A DNA stretch of 64,000 nucleotides, taken from NCBI GenBank assembly GCA_050945515.1, contig JBMNTB010000001.1:87504-151503 (forward strand), written 5' to 3'. This stretch comes from Saccharofermentanales bacterium. GTDB lineage: Bacteria; Bacillota; Clostridia; Saccharofermentanales; DTU023. This document shows positions 26,691 to 35,079 of this stretch, in pieces. The position numbers and the translations under genes were made by a program. Below the pieces are notes generated by a model that saw only the letters and a program-made list of their open reading frames with translations, was not told the DNA's origin and ran no database searches. Positions within the stretch are counted from its first letter, which is position 1; every line of letters starts with the position of its first letter.

Positions 26691-28130
26691 ATGAAAAGAG
26701 TATTTTTGCTGATACTTTCGCTACTTGTCCTCTTCAGCATGGCGGCCTGCTCTTCGTCGCAGCCGGGGAATAAAGGGACGCTGTCTGAGCATCCGGCAGG
26801 CAAAAATGCTGAAGATCCTCAGGCGGAGATTCCTGAGGAATATTGCTTAAAGACTAATATTCCCGCCGATTGGCATGACCCTCTGCCTTCGTCGGAATAC
26901 GCCGGTGATTTTCCCTTATTCGGCCTGGGAGCGCTGGTGGATGGCACACAGGAGGGCGTAAACTTACCCAAAGTCATAGATCTCTTCACCGTTGAAGAAC
27001 TGGAAGCGTATTTGGGCATGATCGTTTCCGTGGATGAAAACCTTTATTCTCTAGAGGGCGATGACGTTGAGCAATATTTTTTGCGTGAAACTGAAACAGC
27101 GATACCTGAACTCTGGGATGGAAAGATAAAAATCTGGCTTAAAGACTTAGGCAATCCGGCAGGTGTATCATTTTATTTGGAGCAGCTCTACCCTAATTCA
27201 CGCGAAATAGAGGATTTGGGAGAACACGCGATCATATCTACCTCCAATACTGTTATTATCCAAGTGAAAGGTGCGGTGATTGTGGGTATCTCTGCGGAAT
27301 TTAAACGCCCGGAGGATAGAGTAGCAGAACCGGCAGCAGAGAAATTTATGCTGGATTTGGCGCATTTTGTCTCTGATAGGCTGATAGAAAAAATGGCGTC
27401 TCCCGGCCAAGCCGGAGAAACGGATACCGAAACAGGGACTGCACAACAGGAAAACAAAAGCTTTAAGGCACTTGGGCCGGGAGAGTTCGAGGCCTATATA
27501 GACGAACTCGATTTAATAAAGGAATTTGTGGATGAGATAAATGATGAATGTTCCTCCGCTATTAATTTAAGACCAATCAGGTACCCTGAGTTTGAAAAAA
27601 TATTGACGAATTTAGCGCAGAAAGGCGGGCCGGATGTGTTTATCACATCGCAACCTTCCTTTTATGAAGAAGCCCTAAAACAAGACTTGTTCAGTGAGGG
27701 AGTGGTAGTTGCGTATGAAACGCCGGTGATTATGATACATGTTGGTAATCCCAAAGGAATTACAGGTTTAGCAGATCTTGCCAAGAAGGATATGAGGGTA
27801 GCAATGGCCGATCAAGACACTCCCGAGGGTCAAATGATCCGTGCTATGTTGGCAAAAGCCGGTATTACGGAGGAAGATTTCAGTGTCAGATCCCAATATG
27901 AAGTCAACTTCGATGCAGCTATTGTTTACCGTAATACTGTCAGCGCGAAGGAAAAAGAGGAGTATGAGTTCGTGGAAATTGAACCGGACTATTTAATGGA
28001 AAACCCCGTTTTGCTATTCGCGACCAAGTCAACCGAGCATCCTGAACTTGTTAACCAATTTACCGGCTTTATGCTCTCCGAAAGAGTGCAGCATTCGTTT
28101 GAAGTCTTTGGTTACCGACCTGTAAAATAA
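26691..28130 (+). CDS. Lipoprotein: unknown N-terminal domain fused to a ModA-like (type II periplasmic binding protein) C-terminal domain
   Basis: 479-aa ORF starting 3 nt after the upstream stop. Lipobox LFSMAAC. The C-terminal ~220 aa resemble molybdate/anion-binding PBPs (..GGPDVFITSQPSFYEEALKQDLF..VIMIHVGNPKGITGLADLAKKDMRVAMADQDTPEG..), but the first strand and its anion-binding Ser motif are not evident. Confidence 0.5.
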   Translation: MKRVFLLILSLLVLFSMAACSSSQPGNKGTLSEHPAGKNAEDPQAEIPEEYCLKTNIPADWHDPLPSSEYAGDFPLFGLGALVDGTQEGVNLPKVIDLFTVEELEAYLGMIVSVDENLYSLEGDDVEQYFLRETETAIPELWDGKIKIWLKDLGNPAGVSFYLEQLYPNSREIEDLGEHAIISTSNTVIIQVKGAVIVGISAEFKRPEDRVAEPAAEKFMLDLAHFVSDRLIEKMASPGQAGETDTETGTAQQENKSFKALGPGEFEAYIDELDLIKEFVDEINDECSSAINLRPIRYPEFEKILTNLAQKGGPDVFITSQPSFYEEALKQDLFSEGVVVAYETPVIMIHVGNPKGITGLADLAKKDMRVAMADQDTPEGQMIRAMLAKAGITEEDFSVRSQYEVNFDAAIVYRNTVSAKEKEEYEFVEIEPDYLMENPVLLFATKSTEHPELVNQFTGFMLSERVQHSFEVFGYRPVK

Positions 28131-28171
28131 GGTTCTTAAAAACAGTATCAGTCTACTAAAAAAAAATTAAT

Positions 28172-28221
28172 AAAGGTGGTGTTTCTAATTTGAGTATCAA
28201 ATCGGGAACGCCACCTTTTTA
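28172..28221 (+). terminator. Candidate intrinsic terminator
   Basis: AAAGGTGG ... CCACCTTT stem with a long, partly paired loop, followed by TTT. Confidence 0.5.
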
Positions 28222-28282
28222 GTTTGTGACGATCTATATTTAATCAGTTAGCAATGTTCACTAGAAATATATTTGCCGACAA

Positions 28283-28323
28283 TTCATCTTCAGTTAACAC
28301 TGATTTTGTTAAGGAAATATCAT
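28283..28323 (+). promoter_or_regulatory. Candidate phn operon promoter with PhoP-box-like 11-bp-phased direct repeats
   Basis: TTCATC-5nt-TTAACA-5nt-TTTGTT (28283-28310). TTAACA also serves as a -35, lying 18 nt upstream of TATCAT (28318-28323). About 120 nt upstream of phnD. Confidence 0.3.
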
Positions 28324-28440
28324 GCTGAACATAGTCTTTTAACGCATATTTTACTCAAATATGATTAGAGTCCAACCCGGCAATTTTATAATCGAGTTGG
28401 TAATCAATCCTGTAACAAATTAGAAAGGGGATGATGGAAA

Positions 28441-29583
28441 ATGCAAAAAAGTAAGATTTCAAGAATAATTTCATCACTTCTGCTCGTGGCTATTTCTATT
28501 ATGGTAGTAGGTATAGTCGCTTGCGATTCAAACAAAACTGAAAGCACTACCGCAGCCCAAAACGCAGAAGCTGACAAGACTACCGCAGCCCAAAACGCGG
28601 AAGCTGACAAGACTACCGCAGCCCAGGAGACGGAAGAACCGAAAGCGAACACAAAGCCAATCGTTGTAACTTGGTATCCGAATGAATCATCCAGTACTCA
28701 TGATGAGGTGCGTGCGGAAGTCGGTAAATTAATTAAGCAGGCTACCGGCAGAGAGGTCGAACACAAATTGACGACCGACTACACCATAGCCATTGAAGCA
28801 ATCGCGAGCGGGGCGGCTGATATCGCTATTGCAATGGGCGCAGTCGGTTACATTGAGGCCAAGGAGCGTAATCCGGAGATTGATGTTCTCTTTGTCAACA
28901 GCGACGAGAATTGGAAATTAGATGGGGCCAAGTATTTTGCCTGGCTGTGCGTGCCTGCAGAAGATGCAGACCAATATAAAAGTGGAGATACTTACTCCAT
29001 CGACAACATAAAAGGGAAAAGGATGTCCTTTGTATCCAACAGTTCTACCTCCGGATTCAGAGTTCCTACTTCCTCAATTATTTCTCATTTTGCGAGTGAA
29101 AACTTGGATGAAGACAAATTGATTGAAGGCGGTCCCGACATGTTCTTCAGCGAAGTATTCTTCGGCGGCTCTCACCAAGGTTCAGCCGTTAATCTGCTCA
29201 GCGGCAATGTCGATGTTGCAGCTTTCTGCGATATCGAAGTGCAGCCCTATGTTGAAGCCAAAACCGGAGACGAAAGCACAGTCGGTTCGGTTTATACCGT
29301 AAGAGAAGGTGCCGATGCTCCTTTCGACCAATATGTGGGGAGAGACTTCACTATTATAGCGTCCACTCCTGTTTTTAACGGTCCCAATGTGTATAATCCT
29401 AAAAATTTGAGTGCTGAGGAAATACAAGCGATTAAAGATTTGTTTACTTCGGAAGAAGTTGCGAATAACAAGGTGCTGTTTTATGACGACAGCGTCGAAG
29501 GTGCGGTGGGATTGTACAAAAAATCCAAAAGTTATGGGTTTGTTCTCACGAGTGATTCATGGTACGACCCATATAGAAAATAA
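28441..29583 (+). CDS. phnD: Phosphonate ABC transporter substrate-binding lipoprotein (PhnD family)
   Basis: 380-aa ORF. Lipobox VGIVAC. PhnD-like core (..VTWYPNES.., ..MSFVSNSSTSGFRVP.., ..GGSHQGSAVNLLSGNVDVAA..). Followed by phnC and phnE. Confidence 0.8.
   Translation: MQKSKISRIISSLLLVAISIMVVGIVACDSNKTESTTAAQNAEADKTTAAQNAEADKTTAAQETEEPKANTKPIVVTWYPNESSSTHDEVRAEVGKLIKQATGREVEHKLTTDYTIAIEAIASGAADIAIAMGAVGYIEAKERNPEIDVLFVNSDENWKLDGAKYFAWLCVPAEDADQYKSGDTYSIDNIKGKRMSFVSNSSTSGFRVPTSSIISHFASENLDEDKLIEGGPDMFFSEVFFGGSHQGSAVNLLSGNVDVAAFCDIEVQPYVEAKTGDESTVGSVYTVREGADAPFDQYVGRDFTIIASTPVFNGPNVYNPKNLSAEEIQAIKDLFTSEEVANNKVLFYDDSVEGAVGLYKKSKSYGFVLTSDSWYDPYRK
28545..28627 (+). repeat. 33-bp tandem repeat (2.5 copies) encoding the TTAAQNAEADK linker of PhnD
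   Basis: ACTACCGCAGCCCAAAACGC(A/G)GAAGCTGACAAG at 28545-28577 and 28578-28610 (1 mismatch), with a partial third copy from 28611. Confidence 0.95.
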
Positions 29584-29601
29584 ATTTGAAGACATTGATA
29601 A

Positions 29602-30372
29602 ATGCCTATCTTAGAATTTAAAAATGTAAGCAAAGTATATAACAATATTACGAAAGCACTAACAGATATTTCTTTCTCGGTATACGAGGGTGAGTTCGTC
29701 TCTATTATCGGCCCCTCCGGTTCAGGCAAATCGACCATCCTGCGTTGCATCAACAGACTTGTTGATGTAACGCAGGGGTCAATTATATTTGACGGCCATG
29801 ATATCAATAAAGCGGATAAAAAAGAGATACGCCAAGTGCGCAAGAAGGCGGGCATGATCTTTCAGCATTACAATCTTGTAGATCGCCTTAGTGTCATTGA
29901 AAATGTTTTGCACGGACGGCTTGGTTATAAGTCAGTTATAAGTGGTGTTATTGGCCATTATACTGAGGAAGAGAAGGAAAAAGCCTTTCAGATTCTCGCA
30001 ATGCTCGGACTTACGGAACAGGCATATAAGCGATGTGATGAGTTGTCAGGCGGCCAAAAGCAACGAGTGGGCATCGCACGCTCTCTCATGCAGGAACCAA
30101 GACTGATTTTATGCGATGAGCCTATCGCATCTCTTGACCCCAGCTCATCCAAGATTATCATGGATCATTTGAGCGATATCAATGAAACGATGAAGATTAC
30201 CTGCATTGCTAATTTGCATCAGGTTGATGTCGCGTTGAAATACGCCAAAAGGATTATTGGCATCACCGCCGGACAAATAGTATATGATGGTCCGCCTGAA
30301 AAACTGACCAGATCAAAAATATATGAAATATATCAATCGGACGAAGGCGAATTAATTACGGATGTCAAGTAA
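29602..30372 (+). CDS. phnC: Phosphonate ABC transporter ATP-binding protein
   Basis: 256-aa ORF. Walker A GPSGSGKST, signature LSGGQKQRVGIARSL, Walker B LILCDEP. PhnC-type length and context. Confidence 0.9.
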   Translation: MPILEFKNVSKVYNNITKALTDISFSVYEGEFVSIIGPSGSGKSTILRCINRLVDVTQGSIIFDGHDINKADKKEIRQVRKKAGMIFQHYNLVDRLSVIENVLHGRLGYKSVISGVIGHYTEEEKEKAFQILAMLGLTEQAYKRCDELSGGQKQRVGIARSLMQEPRLILCDEPIASLDPSSSKIIMDHLSDINETMKITCIANLHQVDVALKYAKRIIGITAGQIVYDGPPEKLTRSKIYEIYQSDEGELITDVK

Positions 30373-31198
30373 GCAAATGGATAAAACAACAAAAAAAGCA
30401 CCCAGACCCAATAATCAAGTATCCGTGTTTGTACAGAGAAAACGCACATTTACCTTGGCATTTCTTGGCGTGGCTATGCTTTTTGTGGTATCCGCTGTTG
30501 TGACCAATTATGAAATTATTGGTGGTCTTGAGTCAATTCCCAAAGCTGTCATCTGGATGGCCCAAAATTTTGTTCCTAATGCCAAGGCATGGTCAAGACT
30601 CCCTTATATACTCTCTAAATTAGTGGAAACCGCGCTTGTATCGGTAGCTGTCACCGTATGTGCTGCCATATGTGCGTTCTTCTTTAGCTTACTAGGAACA
30701 AAAACTACGAAAACGGCTCCCTGGATCGCAGGAATAGTCAGGATTATTGCAGCGTTTTTCAGAAATGTACCGGATGTAGTCTGGGCCATACTTTTGCTAT
30801 TCTCTTTCGGCCAAAATATCCTAACAGGATTTTTTGCCTTATTTTTTTCCACTTTTGGTATGTTGACGCGGACATTTATTGAAACCATAGATGAGGTCAG
30901 CGCATCCTGTGTGGAAGCACTGTATGCCACGGGCGCTACCTCCCTCCAAACTGTATTTAACGGCGTCATCCCCTCGTCACTGCCCGAAATAGTTTCCTGG
31001 GTTTTGTATATGATCGAAACAAATATCCGTTCATCTACATTGATCGGCATTCTTACAGCAACAGGAATTGGTTATTTGTTCGATCTTTACTACAAACGTA
31101 TGGATTACAGTTCAGCAAGCCTCGTCGTCATTTCTATTGTGATACTGGTTATCGCTATAGAGATACTGTCGAATAAAATCAGAAAGGTGATTATGTAA
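30362..31198 (+). CDS. phnE: Phosphonate ABC transporter permease
   Basis: 278-aa ORF whose start overlaps the phnC stop. Multi-TM protein with a PhnE-like EAA loop (..ETIDEVSASCVEALYATGATSLQTVFNGVIP..). Confidence 0.85.
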   Translation: MSSKQMDKTTKKAPRPNNQVSVFVQRKRTFTLAFLGVAMLFVVSAVVTNYEIIGGLESIPKAVIWMAQNFVPNAKAWSRLPYILSKLVETALVSVAVTVCAAICAFFFSLLGTKTTKTAPWIAGIVRIIAAFFRNVPDVVWAILLLFSFGQNILTGFFALFFSTFGMLTRTFIETIDEVSASCVEALYATGATSLQTVFNGVIPSSLPEIVSWVLYMIETNIRSSTLIGILTATGIGYLFDLYYKRMDYSSASLVVISIVILVIAIEILSNKIRKVIM

Positions 31199-32067
31199 TG
31201 AGTGAGCTTGATATCGCGAGCCGGCCTCCAGTTTCTTTGGATATAGTCAAATATATGCGAAAGACTCGCGGTGGCAAAATCAAAACTGCAACCAAATCGA
31301 AAAGCAATCGTGCCATTAAAATAACGCTATTTGTCTTGCTGGCTCTTACCATATATGGCTTTTTAACCTTTGATTATAAAAACGTCGATATAGCGAATGC
31401 CATGGCCGGCACTTGGAACAATGTCAAAGTATTGTTCGGTCAACCGAAGTTGACATACGGTACTTGGGGCGGATCATTAAAGGCATTGTTTGTGACATTT
31501 TCTCTCGGTGCACTTGCTACTATTTTTGGGGCAATGATAGCTTTTTTCGGCTCCTTGTTGTGTGCTAAGAATATCGCTAATCCATATGTAGCCAATATTA
31601 CAAAGAGCTTCGTTGCCTTTATAAGGGCAGTGCCGACAATATTGTGGGTCTTGATTTTCACAGTTGCAGCGGGTCTGGGCAGTGTTGCAGCCGTTATTGG
31701 CTTGACTTTCCACAGTGCCGGTTACTTGATCAAAGCATATGCCGAATCCATCGAAGAGATGGACGAAGGTACTATCGAGGCTTTAAAAGCCAGTGGCGCG
31801 AGTTTCTGGCAAATTGTGTTTCAAGCTATTCTCCCTTCCTCTATCAGCCGCATGACAGCATGGACATTCCTGCGCTTTGAAATAAATTTTACCAATGCGC
31901 TGGCCGTGGGTGCGGCAGCAGGAGTGGGCGGTATCGGCTTTGATTTGTACATGGCCGGCAACCATTACTTTGATCTTCGCGAGCTGGGATACATCACATA
32001 TATTGTCGTAGCCGCGGTGATTTTGCTGGAAATGATAGCAACAAAAATAAAAGCGACTGTGAGATAA
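31198..32067 (+). CDS. phnE: Phosphonate ABC transporter permease (second copy)
   Basis: 289-aa ORF with TAATG overlap onto the previous gene. EAA loop ..ESIEEMDEGTIEALKASGASFWQIVFQAILP.. Confidence 0.85.
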   Translation: MSELDIASRPPVSLDIVKYMRKTRGGKIKTATKSKSNRAIKITLFVLLALTIYGFLTFDYKNVDIANAMAGTWNNVKVLFGQPKLTYGTWGGSLKALFVTFSLGALATIFGAMIAFFGSLLCAKNIANPYVANITKSFVAFIRAVPTILWVLIFTVAAGLGSVAAVIGLTFHSAGYLIKAYAESIEEMDEGTIEALKASGASFWQIVFQAILPSSISRMTAWTFLRFEINFTNALAVGAAAGVGGIGFDLYMAGNHYFDLRELGYITYIVVAAVILLEMIATKIKATVR

Positions 32068-32111
32068 GGACGCCGACAATAGCTATTTAAATTTACGAAA
32101 GAACTCTGATA

Positions 32112-33104
32112 ATGCAACAAACTTTTTATGATTTTTCAGCATTTGAATTATTAAAAGATAAAAAACCGTTATTGGTGTGTGATGATGCTTTTGATTCATT
32201 TGGCATTGAGTTTCCTTGTGAAGTTACAAGATTCAGTGATTTCACTTCCAATCCGGATTATGAGGATATAAAGTCAGGAGTAAAAGTTTTAAGAAAGAAC
32301 AAATGTGACTTTATTGTAGCCATTGGCGGCGGGAGCAGCATCGACACCGCCAAGAGCATTAAATACTACAATCATATCAATCTGCCTCTAATGGCTGTCC
32401 CTACAACTTCCGGCACCGGCAGCGAAGCAACTCACTTTGCTGTCATATATAGAAACGGCAAAAAACAATCCGTTGCCGATGAAAGACTCTTGCCGGAATA
32501 TGTTATTTTACAGGCCGACACGCTCAAAACACTGCCCTTGTATCAAAAAAAGTGCACCATGCTTGATGCTCTCTGCCAGGCAATTGAGTCTTGGTGGTCA
32601 AAAAAAGCAACGCAAGAAAGCATTCTATATTCCCAAAAAGCCATCTATCTGATTCTCAGTAATATGGAAAGCTATTTGCATAATGATAATGATGGCAATA
32701 CTAAAATGCTTGTTGCTGCCAATTTAGCAGGCAAAGCGATCAATATCACTACTACAACCGCACCCCATGCTATGAGTTATAAGCTAACCTCCCTTTATGG
32801 ACTGCCGCATGGCCATGCTGTTGCTATCTGTCTGCCCAAAGTATGGCGGTACATGGAGAATTTTGATTACATCGCAAAGGCGCTGGGCACAGAACATTAT
32901 GAAGATGCGGTTTCACTTTTTGAGGAAATGCTGTTAGAACTGGAAATCTTGCCACCTCAAAACGTAAATGAGGACGATTTAGATATCCTGACCAATTCGG
33001 TAAATCGTCAAAGACTAAGCAACAATCCGGTTAGACTTAATAAAAGTACCATAAAAAAATTATATAAAGAGATTTTGGAGACTGAATATGGCGGAGAAAA
33101 TTAA
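32112..33104 (+). CDS. Short iron-containing alcohol dehydrogenase family protein; candidate phosphonoacetaldehyde/2-hydroxyethylphosphonate oxidoreductase or acetaldehyde reductase
   Basis: 330-aa ORF. IGGGSSIDTAKS motif, VPTTSGTGSE, and metal His residues (..APHAMSYKLTSLYGLPHGHAVA..). Its stop overlaps the phnX-phnW start by 17 nt. The substrate assignment is inferred from context only. Confidence 0.6.
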   Translation: MQQTFYDFSAFELLKDKKPLLVCDDAFDSFGIEFPCEVTRFSDFTSNPDYEDIKSGVKVLRKNKCDFIVAIGGGSSIDTAKSIKYYNHINLPLMAVPTTSGTGSEATHFAVIYRNGKKQSVADERLLPEYVILQADTLKTLPLYQKKCTMLDALCQAIESWWSKKATQESILYSQKAIYLILSNMESYLHNDNDGNTKMLVAANLAGKAINITTTTAPHAMSYKLTSLYGLPHGHAVAICLPKVWRYMENFDYIAKALGTEHYEDAVSLFEEMLLELEILPPQNVNEDDLDILTNSVNRQRLSNNPVRLNKSTIKKLYKEILETEYGGEN

Positions 33105-34920
33105 GGCAGTAATTTTCGATTGGGCCGGAACCACAGTAGACTATGGTTGTTTCGCACCGGTAAAAGGCTTTATAGATGGGTTTAACAGTATCGGTATAGA
33201 TATTACCAATGAAATGGCGCGCAAGCCGATGGGCTTATTGAAGATCGACCATACCAGGGCGATTGCCGCCATGCTGCCGGAGCCGATTTCCGAAGAACAA
33301 ATTTTACAGGCCTATGAAGTATTTGAAGAAACTCTCTTTACTAATATTGAACAGCACTGCGATATTAAGGACTATGTTACAGAAACAGTTGCTGCTCTGC
33401 GGGAGCAAGGAATCAAAATCGGTTCCACTACAGGGTACACAGCCGCTATGATGGAACGCGTTTTGCCCAAAGCTAAGGAGAATGGATTTTCCCCCGATTT
33501 CTGTATCAGTGCCGACCAGGTTGCCAAAGGCAGGCCGTATCCGTACATGATTTGGAATAATCTCATGCAGTTCGGCATTTCGGATCCGAGAGAAGCCATA
33601 AAAGTCGGGGATACAGTCGCTGATATAGCAGAGGGTAAAAATGCCGGTTGTTGGACTGCAGGTGTCATTATGGGCTCGTCGGAACTCGGACTTACACGCG
33701 ATGAAGTTGCCGCTTTGTCAGAAGAGGAGTTGAAAGAGCGAAAGACTATTGTGCGCGCAGCGTATTACAAGGCCGGAGCTGATTATATAATTGACGATAT
33801 GAACGAACTTTTAGATGTTATTGCCGATATAAACCGCAAACTGGATCAAAATGCTGCCCGGATTTTACTGACACCCGGTCCTCTGACAACACGCCATTCC
33901 GTGAAGCATGCTATGCTTACCGATCATTGCACCTGGGATGATACATATAAAGCGATCACAACTTCAGTGCTGAACGATATTACATATATTTCTGCCAACA
34001 ATGATTATGCTACCGTTTTATTGCAAGGCAGCGGTTCATATGCGGTAGAAGCCATGATCAATAGTCTGTGCGGGGAAAACGAAAAAATCCTGTTTTTAGT
34101 GAACGGCGAGTATGGCAGACGGATGTTAACTATTGCCGATAATTCGGGCAAAGATTATGAATGTTTAGTGTTTGACATGACCCGGCCGATAGATGTTTCA
34201 GTGGTTAAAGAAAGATTAAAAAAAGGCCCAAACATTGCTGTGGTTGTATTTGTTCATTGTGAAACCACAACCGGTATTATGAATCCTCTGGTAGAATTGA
34301 CGAAACTTGCCAAATCATATGGCGCTAAGGTTTTTGTCGATGCCATGTCCAGCTTTGCAGCTTATGAGATCGATATGCCGGGTCTTGATATTGATGCGCT
34401 GGCGGCAAGTTCCAACAAGTGTCTGGAAGGATTGCCCGGGCTGGCTTTTGTCATAGCGAAGAAAACACTGATAGAGGAGAGTTGCGGCAATTCTGTATCT
34501 CACAGTCTTGATCTGTTTGATCAATATCAAGGTTTATATGCGGGCGGCGGCAAGTTCCGCTTTACCTCGCCGACCAATGTCTTGCTGGCGCTGAGACAGG
34601 CGATTGACGAATATAAGAAAGAAGGCGGACTGATAGCCCGCAGAAAGCGCTATATGGCAAATAATGAAATTCTGGTGCGGGGACTCGAAAAACTTGGTAT
34701 CCGACCCATAATCGCACCTGAAAATCAATCCTATATTATTACAACCTTTGAACTGGGGAATCTTAATTTCGCCACGTTATACGAAGCACTTAAGTCCAAT
34801 GGATTTATTATCTATCCAGGCAAACTAACCTCAATGCCAACATTCAGATTGGGTAATATCGGCAATGTATATCCTGAGGATATGGTTGCGCTTGTAGCTG
34901 CCATCGAAGAATGTATTTGA
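33088..34920 (+). CDS. phnX-phnW: Fused phosphonoacetaldehyde hydrolase (PhnX, HAD) / 2-aminoethylphosphonate:pyruvate aminotransferase (PhnW)
   Basis: 610-aa single ORF. The N-terminal ~265 aa are PhnX-like (AVIFDWAGTTVDYGCFAP, KPMGLLKIDH, GSTTGY, GRPYPYM, KVGDTVADI). The C-terminal ~345 aa are PhnW-like (LLTPGPLTT, DHCTWDD, PLP-Lys region SSNKCLEGLPGLAFV). Confidence 0.85.
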   Translation: MAEKIKAVIFDWAGTTVDYGCFAPVKGFIDGFNSIGIDITNEMARKPMGLLKIDHTRAIAAMLPEPISEEQILQAYEVFEETLFTNIEQHCDIKDYVTETVAALREQGIKIGSTTGYTAAMMERVLPKAKENGFSPDFCISADQVAKGRPYPYMIWNNLMQFGISDPREAIKVGDTVADIAEGKNAGCWTAGVIMGSSELGLTRDEVAALSEEELKERKTIVRAAYYKAGADYIIDDMNELLDVIADINRKLDQNAARILLTPGPLTTRHSVKHAMLTDHCTWDDTYKAITTSVLNDITYISANNDYATVLLQGSGSYAVEAMINSLCGENEKILFLVNGEYGRRMLTIADNSGKDYECLVFDMTRPIDVSVVKERLKKGPNIAVVVFVHCETTTGIMNPLVELTKLAKSYGAKVFVDAMSSFAAYEIDMPGLDIDALAASSNKCLEGLPGLAFVIAKKTLIEESCGNSVSHSLDLFDQYQGLYAGGGKFRFTSPTNVLLALRQAIDEYKKEGGLIARRKRYMANNEILVRGLEKLGIRPIIAPENQSYIITTFELGNLNFATLYEALKSNGFIIYPGKLTSMPTFRLGNIGNVYPEDMVALVAAIEECI

Positions 34921-35079
34921 GCACCATCGGGTAAAGTTAATATAACAAAGTATTTATTCTGCTATTCCGACCGGAAGTGCCGCGCCTGCATGGCGTTTGT
35001 GACGACGAAGCTAAAGACAACCGAAACTAAAAACGGACTTAAGCTCAAGACGGAAGAGATTTGTTAATTTGCGGCTGTA

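Noticed and set aside
34916-34990. Possible attR remnant of a tRNA-Phe-targeted island (GCACCA at 34921; ATTCCGAC at about 34965, matching the tRNA-Phe T-arm)
   Set aside because: The matches are only 6-8 nt, are not contiguous with the tRNA 3' end order, and are compatible with chance. No integrase is present.
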